The notes: generated by a model not told the origin, from the letters alone. A DNA stretch of 64,000 nt from Gammaproteobacteria bacterium (GCA_965116495.1 OZ220696.1:448001-512000); one strand, 5' to 3'. Counted from the first letter of the stretch, positions 29,153 to 39,955 are shown. Made by a program: numbers and translations.

Positions 29153-31234
29153 ATGTCGAGTGAAGGAATAAGAATCGGAATTGACACCGGGGGCACTTTT
29201 ACCGATTTTGCCTTGTCAAGGGACGCTGTTTTCCACACGACCAAGATACTGACCACCCACCAGGCGCCGGAACTGGCGATCATGCAGGGACTGGATGACC
29301 TGATGAAGGCTACAGGTTGCCGCCCTGGCGATGCGGAATTGATCATCCATGGCACCACGCTGGCCACCAATGCCGTCATCGAGCACAAGGGCGCCAGGGT
29401 GGCCATGCTTACGACGGAGGGGTTCCGGGATGTCCTGGAACTGGGTTCGGAAAGCCGGTTTGATCAATACGACCTCGGCCTGACCAAGCCCGCCCCCCTG
29501 GTGCCGAGACAACTGCGGTTTACCATTTCCGAACGCCTGGCGGCAGACGGCAGCGAATTGCTGCCGCCTGACCTTTCAGCCATCGAACAGGTTGCCGAAG
29601 AGTTAAAGAGACACGAAATAGACAGTGTCGCGGTTTGCTTTTTGCACAGCTTTATCAACCCCGAACATGAAGAACGGGCCGCGCAGGCGTTGCGCAAATA
29701 CTTGCCGGGTATCTATATCAGCCTGTCATCCCGGGTGGCGCCGGAGATCAGGGAGTACGAACGCTTCTCCACGACGGTCGCCAATGCCTATATCCAGCCG
29801 TTGATAGATTCCTACCTCAAGCGCCTGCAGGAGGGCTTGAAACGGGCAGGATTTGGTTGTCCGCTTTACATGTTCGTATCCAACGGCGGACTGGTGGAAG
29901 TGGACGTGGCCAGGCAGTTCCCGATCCGGCTGGTTGAATCCGGGCCTGCCGGCGGCGCCGTCTTTGCGAGCCATGTCGCCCGTATCCACCAGGAGGATCG
30001 CATATTGTCGTTCGATATGGGCGGCACTACTGCGAAAATCTGCCTGGTCGACAATGCGGAACCGCAGAAAGCGACCCTGTTCGAGATGGCGCGGGCGCAT
30101 CGTTTTAAACAGGGCAGCGGCCTGCCGGCCAGGATACCGGTGATTGAAATGGTCGAGATCGGCGCCGGTGGCGGGTCCATTGCCCGGGTCGACAGTCTTG
30201 GCCGTATAACCACAGGTCCTGACAGCGCCGGTTCTGAACCGGGACCGGCCTGTTATGACCTTGATGGCGATGAGGCAACGGTAACCGATGCCGATCTCAT
30301 CCTGGGGCGGCTGGAGGCGGAGGGATTCGCCGACGGTTCCATGCAACTCAACAGCGAGGCTGCCAGGCAGGCAGTCCGGGACAAGCTTGCAGTGCCGCTG
30401 CACATGGATATTCCGCTGGCCGCCTACGGTGTGGCTGAGATTGTGGAAGAAGATATGGCCAACGCGGCGCGTGAGCATGCAACGGAAAGCGGGAAATCGC
30501 TGACGGGGCGAACCCTGGTTGCCTTCGGTGGCGCGGCGCCGTTACACGCTCTTTCCCTTGCAGGCAAACTCGGGATCAAGCGGGTCATCGTTCCGGCCCA
30601 TGCAGGGGTGGGTTCGGCAATTGGGTTTTTACTGGCGCCCGTTGCTTATGAACTTGCCCGCAGTTGTCACGTCAGGCTGACTGATTTCAAGCCTGGAGTA
30701 CTGAACAAGCTGTTTAAGGAAATGAGTGAATACGCACACGGAATAGTCGTATCAGGCGCTCCCGGGCGGGAGCGTACGGAAATCCGGCAGGCACAAATGC
30801 GCTATATCGGGCAGGGTTATAGTATTCCTGTCGATATGCCGGTCGGGGAGTTGCTGAAAACTGACGCACAATCACTGCAGCGGGCTTTCGACAAGGCCTA
30901 TATCAACCTCTACAGCAAGCTGCATGAGGGGGTTGACGTGGAAATTGTCGGCGTCAGTGTTTCCGTTTCCGTCCATCTTGTTTTCGCGCAGCCTGCAGAG
31001 ACTGCCGTGACTGCCGCCGGCATTCCGCCTGAAATCGATCATGGCGCCACTGTGTTCGATGCGCAGGCCGGTGCTTACGCGGACGTAAACGTGTATTCAC
31101 GTCATGCCCTGCAACCGGGGAATTACATACCGGGGCCAACCCTGGTGCGCGACAAGGGCACAACTGTCATGGTGCCGCAGGGTCACGGTGTCACGGTGGC
31201 CGGGGACGATAGTTTGATCATCGAAAGGGAATAA
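29153..31234 (+). CDS. Hydantoinase A/oxoprolinase-family subunit
   Basis: IDTGGTFTD, HGTTLATNA, ESGPAGG, DMGGTT, EIGAGGGSIA, SAGSEPGPACY, FGGAAPLH. Confidence 0.93.
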   Translation: MSSEGIRIGIDTGGTFTDFALSRDAVFHTTKILTTHQAPELAIMQGLDDLMKATGCRPGDAELIIHGTTLATNAVIEHKGARVAMLTTEGFRDVLELGSESRFDQYDLGLTKPAPLVPRQLRFTISERLAADGSELLPPDLSAIEQVAEELKRHEIDSVAVCFLHSFINPEHEERAAQALRKYLPGIYISLSSRVAPEIREYERFSTTVANAYIQPLIDSYLKRLQEGLKRAGFGCPLYMFVSNGGLVEVDVARQFPIRLVESGPAGGAVFASHVARIHQEDRILSFDMGGTTAKICLVDNAEPQKATLFEMARAHRFKQGSGLPARIPVIEMVEIGAGGGSIARVDSLGRITTGPDSAGSEPGPACYDLDGDEATVTDADLILGRLEAEGFADGSMQLNSEAARQAVRDKLAVPLHMDIPLAAYGVAEIVEEDMANAAREHATESGKSLTGRTLVAFGGAAPLHALSLAGKLGIKRVIVPAHAGVGSAIGFLLAPVAYELARSCHVRLTDFKPGVLNKLFKEMSEYAHGIVVSGAPGRERTEIRQAQMRYIGQGYSIPVDMPVGELLKTDAQSLQRAFDKAYINLYSKLHEGVDVEIVGVSVSVSVHLVFAQPAETAVTAAGIPPEIDHGATVFDAQAGAYADVNVYSRHALQPGNYIPGPTLVRDKGTTVMVPQGHGVTVAGDDSLIIERE

Positions 31235-31242
31235 TCGCCATC

Positions 31243-32916
31243 ATGATTAACAATAACTTTAAGTCATCATTGCAATATATTGAATTTCAAGTGATATGGC
31301 GTCGCTTAATCTCTATTGTAGAAGACCAGGCCAGGACTTTGATGAAGACCGCGTTCAGCCCCGTGGTACGGGAATCCGGCGACCTGTCCGCAGCCGTGTT
31401 CGACCCGCAGGGGCGCATGCTGGCCCAGGCCATTACCGGCACGCCCGGACACGTCAATTCAACCGCTGCCGCGGTACCGCATTTTCTCAGGGAATACCCG
31501 CCGGCGGAACTAAAACCCGGGGATCACCTGATTACCAATGACCCGTGGATTGCGTCGGGGCACCTGCACGACGTCACGGTTGTGTCCCCGGTATTTCTTG
31601 CAGACAGGTTAATAGCGCTGTTTGCCTGCACCTGTCACCAACTGGATATCGGCGGCTTGGGGCAGGGGCCTGACGGCAAGTCGGTGTATGAAGAGGGACT
31701 GTATATTCCCGTTATGAAACTGGTGGACCGGGGTGAGGTAAACCAGGACTTACTCAGGATAATTGAGGGTAACGTACGCACACCGTACGAAGTGCGCGGC
31801 GATATCCTGTCCTATGTCGCCGCAAACGAGACCAGCGGGGTGAAACTGCTGGATATGATGCGGGAATACGGACTGGATAATCTCGATTATACCGGGAACG
31901 AGATCATCGAACGCTCGCGCAAGGGGATGCTGGAAGAAATCCGTAAGCTACCGGCAGGGACCACCCATAACACCATTACCCTGGACGGGTATGACAAGCC
32001 GGTTGAAATTGTCTGTGCGCTGACCGTTGCAGATGACGAGATAAGGATCGACTTTGCCGGCAGCACCGAGGCAAGCACCAAGGGGATCAACCTGGTCCTG
32101 AATTACACCCAGGCCTATGCCAACTACGGGATACGCTGTGTGGTGGGCGCCCACATTCCCAACAATAGCGGCTCGTTATCAGCGATAAAAATAAGCGCGC
32201 CGAAGGGTTCCATCCTGAACGTCCAGCGACCCTGGCCGGTCTGTGCCAGGCACATCATCGGGCAGTTCCTGCCGGACGCGGTAATGGGTTGCCTGGCGCA
32301 ACTGCTTCCGGAGAAAGTCCCGGCGGAAGGCGCGTCATCCCTGTGGGGCATTCAAATCCGCGGCGGCCCGGAGGTGGATGCCTCGTGCAATTTTGACAAC
32401 CCGAATGCGGACGGGAGGCGTTACGAAATGCTGATTTTTAACAGTGGCGGAACCGGCGCCAGGCCGGACCAGGACGGTATGTCGGCCACGGGGTTTCCCA
32501 GCGGGGTGCGCGCCATGCCGGTTGAGGTTGTGGAAAACATGGGTCCCGTGGTGATCTGGCGCAAGGAATTGCTGGCCGATTCCTGCGGCGCCGGCAAATG
32601 GCGCGGCGGCCTGGGGCAGGTGGTGGAAGTAGGGACCATCGATGAGAGTCCGTTCCTGCTGTTCGCCATGTTTGACAGGACTGCGAATCCGGCCCGCGGC
32701 CGTATGGGCGGCGAGGACGGCAAGGTGGGAACAGTCCGGGTAAAGCACGGAAAAACCCTGAACCCGAAGGGCGTACAACTCATAGAACCCGGACAACGAC
32801 TGGAGCTGCTGCTGCCAGGCGGAGGCGGCTTCGGCGACAAGGGACAGCGCAGCGCTGCACACCGGGAACAGGATAAGCTGGCCGGCGTTGTCAATAATTT
32901 GGGGTCAGAGCAATAA
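31243..32916 (+). CDS. Hydantoinase B/oxoprolinase-family subunit
   Basis: RESGDLS, GTPGHVN, TNDPWIASGHLHD, HQLDIGG, EEGLYIP, PGGGGFG. Confidence 0.93.
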   Translation: MINNNFKSSLQYIEFQVIWRRLISIVEDQARTLMKTAFSPVVRESGDLSAAVFDPQGRMLAQAITGTPGHVNSTAAAVPHFLREYPPAELKPGDHLITNDPWIASGHLHDVTVVSPVFLADRLIALFACTCHQLDIGGLGQGPDGKSVYEEGLYIPVMKLVDRGEVNQDLLRIIEGNVRTPYEVRGDILSYVAANETSGVKLLDMMREYGLDNLDYTGNEIIERSRKGMLEEIRKLPAGTTHNTITLDGYDKPVEIVCALTVADDEIRIDFAGSTEASTKGINLVLNYTQAYANYGIRCVVGAHIPNNSGSLSAIKISAPKGSILNVQRPWPVCARHIIGQFLPDAVMGCLAQLLPEKVPAEGASSLWGIQIRGGPEVDASCNFDNPNADGRRYEMLIFNSGGTGARPDQDGMSATGFPSGVRAMPVEVVENMGPVVIWRKELLADSCGAGKWRGGLGQVVEVGTIDESPFLLFAMFDRTANPARGRMGGEDGKVGTVRVKHGKTLNPKGVQLIEPGQRLELLLPGGGGFGDKGQRSAAHREQDKLAGVVNNLGSEQ

Positions 32917-33102
32917 TCGCTTATTAACTCTTTGTTTTATATAACATTTGATAAAATAAAATGACTCAATATCACACAATCCGTCCCACAGATATTACAG
33001 AGAATTTAAGGTGATATTATACAGTAAAACGCGTCTGGACGAGGCTTGGCGCAGCATGGGTGGGTCGGTCGCCCGATTATTCACAACAGGAATCGAATTT
33101 CC

Positions 33103-33280
33103 ATGGCTAGAGAAATAGAAAAACCAAAAGACAGACAGCGCGCGAGATCTATAAAAGGCCAAAGAATTAGGCTGTGACGAAGACGAAAACCGCTTTAACG
33201 CTACACTGAAAAAGATCGCAAAGACTGAACCGCAGAAAAAGAACGGCGAGGATGCAACTAGTACTCTTCCGAGCCAATAG
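33103..33280 (+). pseudogene. Frameshifted small mobile-element-associated protein
   Basis: MAREIEKPKDRQRARS, then in another frame KAKELGCDEDENRFNATLKKIAK; resembles small proteins I associate with phage/IS1595 contexts. Confidence 0.45.
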
Positions 33281-33329
33281 CTGATCAAGCGTGTTTGCTC
33301 GGCAATTTACACTGAACTATCAACAACTT

Positions 33330-34220
33330 CTATTGATCATGCCTGCCGGGGCCGTAGGCATCCCAGTATTCACGTGACAGTTTCTGTGCTTCGGTAATCT
33401 GAGCGCGTGTCATACCTTTGGCAACTTTTTCTTTGTTCTTTTTAGCAAACTCATCACCTTGTGCAGCTGCGATGCTGCCCCAAGCATAGGCCTGCACGTA
33501 GTCCTTAGGCACCCCCGCTCCGTTGGCATACATGAGACCGAGATTGTTCTGTGCCTTAGCATCTCCCTGCTCGGCGGCAAGGCGATACCAGCGTACCGCT
33601 TCCGTGTCATCTTCGGGCACCCCTTCTCCGTTGTCATACATGAGACCGAGATTGTTCTGCGCCCCAGCATGTCCCTGCTCGGCGGCTTTGCGATACCAGC
33701 GGACAGCCTCGGTGTCATCTTTGGGTACTCCTTCTCCGTTGTCATACATGAGACCGAGATTGTTCTGCGCCCCAGCATGTCCCTGCTCGGCAGCTAAGCG
33801 ATACCAGCGCACCGCTTCTGCATAGTCTACAGACCACCAGAGTCCGCTGTCATACCTGAGACCGAGATTAAACTGCGCTCCAGCATCTCCCTGCTCGGCG
33901 GCCAGGCGATACCAGCGGACAGCCTCGGTGTCATCTTTGGGTACTCCTTCTCCGTTGTCATACATGAGACCGAGATTGTTCTGCGCCCCAGCATGCCCCT
34001 GCTCGGCGGCTTTGCGATACCAACGCACCGCTTCTGCATCGTCTTCAGACACCCCGTCTCCGTTGTCATACCTGATACCGAGATTAAACTGTGCAGTAGC
34101 ATCTCCCTGCTCGGCGGCCTTTTTTGTAATCTCAAATTCATCTGCCATGGCAGTCGAACAAACACTTAACAACAGGCTCAATAACAGGCACCTGAACTTG
34201 AGTGGCTTACAATTGCTCAT
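33330..34220 (-). CDS. Secreted Sel1-like repeat protein (about 6 repeats)
   Basis: Signal peptide; 36-aa units AAEQG.A.AQ.NLG..Y..G.GV..D..EAVRWYR; near-identical 108-bp DNA units. Confidence 0.95.
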   Translation of the reverse strand: MSNCKPLKFRCLLLSLLLSVCSTAMADEFEITKKAAEQGDATAQFNLGIRYDNGDGVSEDDAEAVRWYRKAAEQGHAGAQNNLGLMYDNGEGVPKDDTEAVRWYRLAAEQGDAGAQFNLGLRYDSGLWWSVDYAEAVRWYRLAAEQGHAGAQNNLGLMYDNGEGVPKDDTEAVRWYRKAAEQGHAGAQNNLGLMYDNGEGVPEDDTEAVRWYRLAAEQGDAKAQNNLGLMYANGAGVPKDYVQAYAWGSIAAAQGDEFAKKNKEKVAKGMTRAQITEAQKLSREYWDAYGPGRHDQ

Positions 34221-34276
34221 CCTTCATACTATAGAAAAAAGATTTTATATTTTAGCACCAAAGTTTTATCCGGGTG

Positions 34277-35116
34277 CTATTCCAATCCGATGTCTATGCA
34301 CGCTGACCTGAGTTTGGATGCAAGATCGATTTGAGAAGAATGGATCAATCCTGCTATATTTCGGTTTCCGCGACTATGTTGTAGAGAAAAATAGGACGTA
34401 GTTAACTCGACAGGCGCGGTAATATTATCTGCAACCTGCTCCTTCAAATCTTCCACAAAATTTCTATAATGTTGTTCTCGGTTCTGATTCTTCCTTACTC
34501 CATACACGAATAAGCATGCAATTCCAGGTTGTCCGCTTTCAAAATATCCCTTGAGGGCATCTACGACCCGTTCCAAATCTGAGCAATGCAGCTTGTTGTC
34601 GTCCTCATCGCCGTTTTCCGAATAGCTCATCGGGTCCATTGAAAACAACCAGGAGGATTGCAGGTCATCAGGACACGCCAATATTCCCTCGGAGTGTATT
34701 TCCTTGCGCCATGACGTGCAGGCTATTTTGACGTTCGTATTGAGCCATGCCTCAGAAAGACACTTACGTTTCTTGCTGCATATTTCCGTAATTCCACCAG
34801 ATAAATTTTCTGCTCCGATTACTGCCCTCAACAACTCAGCGGAGTTGGGGTAGTGTGTATCTGACGCCCTTGTTTTTCGGTATGCCTTAACCAAGGCTGG
34901 TTCTTCGGCTTGCGGCTGTCTTTTTGAATCTTCCAACCTTTTCAAAAGAAGCTCATCGCGTGTCCTTGGCCTCCGTTTCTCAAACGGTTCAAATGGCCTC
35001 ATCCCATGCGTAAGCGCAATATGTAGCCTGCCCGCTGTATCCATTTCAGCGAGACGTACTGCTGCCTCAACTTCGATACAGTGTTGCAGATAATTTCCGT
35101 CGTTACCCTTTGCCAT
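34277..35116 (-). CDS. Hypothetical protein, distant RlmJ-like SAM-dependent methyltransferase fold
   Basis: The order GNDGNYLQH, LTHGM, YPNSAEL, ITE, MDPMSY parallels RlmJ GNHADVLKH, DTHAG, YPGSP, LTE, IDPPY. Confidence 0.5.
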   Translation of the reverse strand: MAKGNDGNYLQHCIEVEAAVRLAEMDTAGRLHIALTHGMRPFEPFEKRRPRTRDELLLKRLEDSKRQPQAEEPALVKAYRKTRASDTHYPNSAELLRAVIGAENLSGGITEICSKKRKCLSEAWLNTNVKIACTSWRKEIHSEGILACPDDLQSSWLFSMDPMSYSENGDEDDNKLHCSDLERVVDALKGYFESGQPGIACLFVYGVRKNQNREQHYRNFVEDLKEQVADNITAPVELTTSYFSLQHSRGNRNIAGLIHSSQIDLASKLRSACIDIGLE

Positions 35117-36787
35117 GAGTTCATCTTTCCTGCCTTCCGGTAAGGCTTGTCAAACTCGTTCTTTAAAACAACCGTTTTCTTTCCGCCTAGTCCGTGGATG
35201 GTAACAGTTTCGTCTTGGCACATGTTATTTATCCTAACAGATTGAATTATGGTGAAATACACTCATATACCCGGTTGGGTTGAGGATTTCGGGCCGATTG
35301 GGAGGGGTTGACCTGGGTGCCCTGATTGTTGCTTGGGTCAGGTTGTCCAGGATGAACCCGGCCAGATGCGCAAGCCGGTCCGTGCTCATGCAAGATTGGG
35401 TTCACCGCCTGGGCGGGAGGATGGTGATGGATAAATACCGGCAAACCGCATCACCGGATACGCCTTGTGATGTGTTATCCGACAGACCACCGGCTCAGGC
35501 TGTCAGGAAACAACGCGCACACGGTCGATGACTGTCGGTAACGGCAGGGGCGAGACTACTCCTGTATACAAAACTTCGTTCTGTACCAGGAATCTCGCAA
35601 GAGGAGGATACCCCCATTGACCCCCCCCCGTTTGCAACGGGGCCAAATGAGTCATTGGCATAACCTGATGGCTGAGTTGACCACATCGCGGGCGCCGCCG
35701 GACCGGACGGATACCCTGCGCATGGATACGTTGACGCGTGATGAGTGGCAGGACCGGGCACAGGCCGCAGGTCTGCATGTCGCGGGGTTTGCCGGTCCAG
35801 TCCGCGGCAGATGGATTCCATACCTTTATAGCTGTGGCTGCCCGGCGTGAGGGCGCGGTCAGTGCTGAATTGTTGTTATGGCCAGGGCGGTAACTGTGGT
35901 TGCGGTTGTGGGGGTCTATTTCTCGGCCATTGTGTCACACAATGCCTATCTCGCCTCACTCCTATTAGAATGATTTAAGGACGCTATTTTTGGCCGGTAT
36001 ACATTATTTGAGAACCTGTTTCAGTGCAGTGAAACGGGGATGTTGATGTCAGGTGGGCTGATGATGGAGTTCATCATCATTCATGTTGTTCACGGTTGTC
36101 CAGCCGGGTCTGACGGTTCATTGCATGACAGAAGGGAGCGCTATTTCCCCGACTCACTGACAAGTCCCAATGGCTGAATGCACCACATCTCCCGCGCCCA
36201 CTGGACCGGATGGTTACCCTGCGCGTGGCGACGGAGACCCGGTCCCGGTGGACATGCCTGGCGCAGGCCGCAGTCTGCCGCTCCACAACTGGACCCGATG
36301 CCGGTGCCGGGTTGCTGCGGGCGCCGGGCGGCACACATTGTCGCGGCGCAAACCGCGAGCAATGGTCGGGGGAGCTTGAGCGGCTGCGCCGTCTCCTCGA
36401 CATTGAGCGGGGGTCAGGGAATCCGGTTTTCCCTGATGACTGGGTTTTACGGTGGCTGCGCCTCCGGGGCCGCGGCTGTTGCATACCTGGAGAACGATGC
36501 AGACCACAAAGCCAAGCCACGCACCGGCGTTGACGTGCTGCGTTGCGCCCCGGGGACAGTCGGCGCCGGGCTTGTATCCGCCGTAGTCAGGCCATACACA
36601 ACCCTTAGGGTCACTCCGATAAATCGCTTACAGCGCCTCTACGGCGGTCGGATGGTGCCGGAACAGGCCGACATGGACGGTTGCAGCCGAATCGGGGGGT
36701 CTCAGCTTTTCTGCAGACTGCCCGGCTGAAGCTCGCCATTGAATCATTCGGCCAGCGCCAGGCATACCACCGCCGGGAGGATTCGGC

Positions 36788-36980
36788 GTATCATCGGCAC
36801 GGCCTGCCCATGCGTCTGAATTTGACTGCCTTGCCGCGTACATCAATCAGCACAGAATGCCAGTCAGCGGCTAGCCAGCTGCTCATTGCCTGGTTGTGCG
36901 TGACGTCGTTACCCCACCACTCCCGCCAGGTAAATGCGCTTGGCGGCAAATCGCCGCCGATGATTGCCTCAATCCCGGAA
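36788..36980 (-). pseudogene. C-terminal remnant of a small conserved W-rich domain (DUF7662-like)
   Basis: The minus strand reads FSGIEAIIGGDLPPSAFTWREWWGNDVTHNQAMSSWLAADWHSVLIDVRGKAVKFRR; its 5' part is replaced by the RND fragment. Confidence 0.6.
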
Positions 36981-36981
36981 A

Positions 36982-37904
36982 AGATCAGCGACTACCAGAA
37001 CGAGGGCAAGGAAGTCGATATACGGCTGAAAGCGGAGGAGAGCGTTGCATATAACACCCATACCCTGGAACAATTACCCATCGCTACGCCGGACGGCCGT
37101 CTCGTGACGCTCGGCGCTATCGCTGACGTGTCGCAAACCTACGGTCCGGTGCAGATTAACCACCGGGAACGGGAGCGGACCATAACCATCCGCATTGTGC
37201 CCGACACGCGTATGCCGATTGAGACCGCCATGGGGATTATCCAGGAGCAGATCGTCGACCCCATGAAGCAACGGGATGAATTCAGCGGACTGTACCGGAT
37301 AGAACTGGCAGGTACGGCTGACAAACTGGTCAGTGCAGCCAATGCGCTGAAGTGGAACTTGATACTGGCGCTGATCATTACATTCCTGCTGATGGCCGCA
37401 CTGTTTGAGAGTTTCCTTTATCCATTCGTCATCATGTTCAGCGTTCCACTGGCCATGCTGGGCGGTCTTCTCGGCCTTGCCGTGGTCAGCGCCACCATCG
37501 CCTATCAACCGCTGGACGTATTGACCATGCTGGGGTTTTTCATCCTCCTCGGCACTGTTGTCAACAACCCCATTCTGATAGTGCACCAGTCCCTGAACTA
37601 CATCAGGAAGGAGGGCATGGAAGCTCACGTCGCCATCAGGGAGGTGGTGCACAGCCGCATCCGGCCCATCTTCATGAGCGCCGGCACCTCGACGTTTGCC
37701 ATGCTGCCCCTGATCCTGGCGCCGGGCGCGGGATCGGAACTGTACCGGGGCATAGGCGGGGTGGTAGTCGGCGGCCTGCTGGTTTCCACCGGGTTTACCC
37801 TGTTCATCGTCCCCGCCATGCTGAGCCTGGTGTTCGACCTGCGCAAACTGTTGACGGGGCGTCCGGACGGTCGCGTTGCTACGGCAGAAGTGTTGCCGGA
37901 TTAA
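36982..37904 (+). pseudogene. C-terminal third of an RND efflux permease (AcrB family)
   Basis: GPVQINHRERER, LMAALFESFLYPFVIMFSVPLA, GTVVNNPILIV, RIRPIFMS, VGGLLVST.FTL. The first ~100 aa of the 36681 ORF are unrelated sequence. Confidence 0.85.
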
Positions 37905-37965
37905 GAATATTTTAATTCGTCATTCCGCGATAGCTTGGCCCTGCATTCAGTAAGCAAGGGGCATG

Positions 37966-38844
37966 TCAATAATTTCTCAAACGCCTAATAGTCTCCGCCG
38001 TTTGAATTTGCAGTGTTCGATATATCGTTCCTTTACCGCCTTTATATGATTTTTGGAAATATTCATGCAGAATTTGCAATGTTTCCTGTTTTGGAAAAAG
38101 CACCAAAAGCAAATCGTCCAAATTTGGATTTGTAAGCAATTTTCTGTATGTACTGCCTTGTATGTTTTTTATTTCCTTAAAGCTTTGGACGGGGTCTATA
38201 TCAAAATTTATTTCAGGTAATTCAGGGATTTCTTTTTTCCAATATTTCAGGTGATTAAGTATTTCATCCCAGGTATATTCCAAATCTAGAGTATTAAAAA
38301 GTTCTTTACCATATACTAGTTTAAGGGACAATCCATAATCCTGAGAGAGTTTATAAATTTCTGCATCGTAAAATTTCTTGTTCTTATTAAAACTGTCGTC
38401 AATGAAGTAGAAATATCCAAATATTGTCCGATTGCTATATGTTTCAATAATGACTTCTAATTTCTTTTCAAAATTGTCAATCTGTCCTCTTTTCTTTGTA
38501 GAATCATGATCATCTCTGATTTTCTGTTCCACAAAATGTAATTCATGGTTTATAGAAAAAATTTGATCAACTTCTAGTCTGTCGTTATTTGCGGCATAGA
38601 ACTTTTTGTCCAGGATGGCAAATCCAGCCTCTCTTAGATATTCTTCAATTAAAGATTCGAACGCATCGCCAAATCTAATCTCGTGCGACTGCAAAAGATT
38701 TTGAATTATTTTCGCTCTTGGTCTGCTGGGTCTGAATAAACCGACGTATCTCTCTGGATATTTGGCTACTTTTTCCAGTAAGTCCGGTTTTGATTTTTCA
38801 AAAATCGTGGAGTTAAAAATTTGCTTGAATTTATTGTATTCCAT
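37966..38844 (-). CDS. Type II restriction endonuclease, HpyAIV-like (predicted GANTC)
   Basis: PERYVGLFRP, QNLLQSHEIRFGDAFE, VDQ, EQKIRDDHDSTKKRGQ; low GC; overlaps the methyltransferase gene. Confidence 0.75.
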   Translation of the reverse strand: MEYNKFKQIFNSTIFEKSKPDLLEKVAKYPERYVGLFRPSRPRAKIIQNLLQSHEIRFGDAFESLIEEYLREAGFAILDKKFYAANNDRLEVDQIFSINHELHFVEQKIRDDHDSTKKRGQIDNFEKKLEVIIETYSNRTIFGYFYFIDDSFNKNKKFYDAEIYKLSQDYGLSLKLVYGKELFNTLDLEYTWDEILNHLKYWKKEIPELPEINFDIDPVQSFKEIKNIQGSTYRKLLTNPNLDDLLLVLFPKQETLQILHEYFQKSYKGGKGTIYRTLQIQTAETIRRLRNY

Positions 38845-39955
38845 TGTTTTCCCTGTAAAGACTCCGTTTTTCATCCAAAAGTTTCAGTGTACCTTCATCC
38901 TCATAATACCAATACATCCAGCCGTTACAGCCCTCGGTATCTTTAAGCAGAGCACCAATTTTATGAATAGAACCAATACCAATGCTGTTTTGTATTCTCC
39001 CATCAGGTAAAACAGTAGCCGAATATGTTTTGCCTTTTGAGTAAAGACACTGGTTTTCCCGTATGTACTTGGCATCTACAAGTTGTTGCATACTTACTCG
39101 CTGTAATCTTTTTGGTGGAGGTTCTGTTAGCCTAATATCCTGAAAAAGATCGGAGTTTATCGACTTCAATCTGTTTTCTGCTATTTCCACGTAACGGGGT
39201 TCCTGTTCTATACCGAAGCTTCTTCTGTTCAGTTTTTTTGCGACCGCACAGGTGGTGCCGCTACCCAGGAACGGGTCCAGTACCAAGTCCCCTTCTTCGC
39301 TGCTGGAGAGGATCACCCGCTGCAACAGGGCCTCCGGTTTCTGCGTTGAATGGGCTTTTTTCCCGTTTTCATCCTTGATGCGTTCCGATCCGGTACAGAG
39401 CGGGATCTGCCAGACGGAAGTCATTTGCTTGCCATCGTTCAGTTGTTTCATCACTTGGTGGTTGAACGTATATTTCTTCTGTTTTTCCGACTTTTTTGCC
39501 CAGATCAGGGTCTCTGTTGCATTGGTGAATCTTACTCCCCTGAAGTTCGGCATAGGATTGGTCTTGTGCCACTGCACGTCGTTGAGTATCCAGTAACCTA
39601 GGTCCAACATGATCTTGCCTACACGAAAGATGTTGTGATATGAGCCGATCACCCAAATAGTACCATTATCCGCCAGTACTCTCCGACAGGCGCTCAGCCA
39701 TTGCCGGGTGAATTCATCGTAGCTCTCGAAAGATGAGAATTGGTCCCAGTTATCGTCAACCCCGTCCACCAGAGTCTGATTAGGTCTGTATAACTCCTGC
39801 TTGAGTTGCAGGTTGTAGGGAGGGTCAGCAAAGATGAGCTTGACTGATTTTTCCGGTAAATCGGTCAGAATTTCAATACAGTTACCGGTATAAATTCGGT
39901 AACCCGAGCCATCGATGTCACTCTGTGTACATTTTATTTTTTGTTTCATAGACAC
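38831..39955 (-). CDS. N6-adenine DNA methyltransferase, M.HinfI/CcrM family with C-terminal RAMA-like domain
   Basis: FADPPYNLQL, WVIGSYHNIFRVG, KTNPMPNFRG, HSTQKPEALL, LDPFLGSGTT, GSIHKIGA...CNGWMYW. Confidence 0.9.
   Translation of the reverse strand: MSMKQKIKCTQSDIDGSGYRIYTGNCIEILTDLPEKSVKLIFADPPYNLQLKQELYRPNQTLVDGVDDNWDQFSSFESYDEFTRQWLSACRRVLADNGTIWVIGSYHNIFRVGKIMLDLGYWILNDVQWHKTNPMPNFRGVRFTNATETLIWAKKSEKQKKYTFNHQVMKQLNDGKQMTSVWQIPLCTGSERIKDENGKKAHSTQKPEALLQRVILSSSEEGDLVLDPFLGSGTTCAVAKKLNRRSFGIEQEPRYVEIAENRLKSINSDLFQDIRLTEPPPKRLQRVSMQQLVDAKYIRENQCLYSKGKTYSATVLPDGRIQNSIGIGSIHKIGALLKDTEGCNGWMYWYYEDEGTLKLLDEKRSLYRENNGIQ

Noticed and set aside
36681-37904. Intact 407-aa RND transporter
   Set aside because: RND permeases are about 1000 aa; the N-terminal ~100 aa are unrelated antisense sequence.
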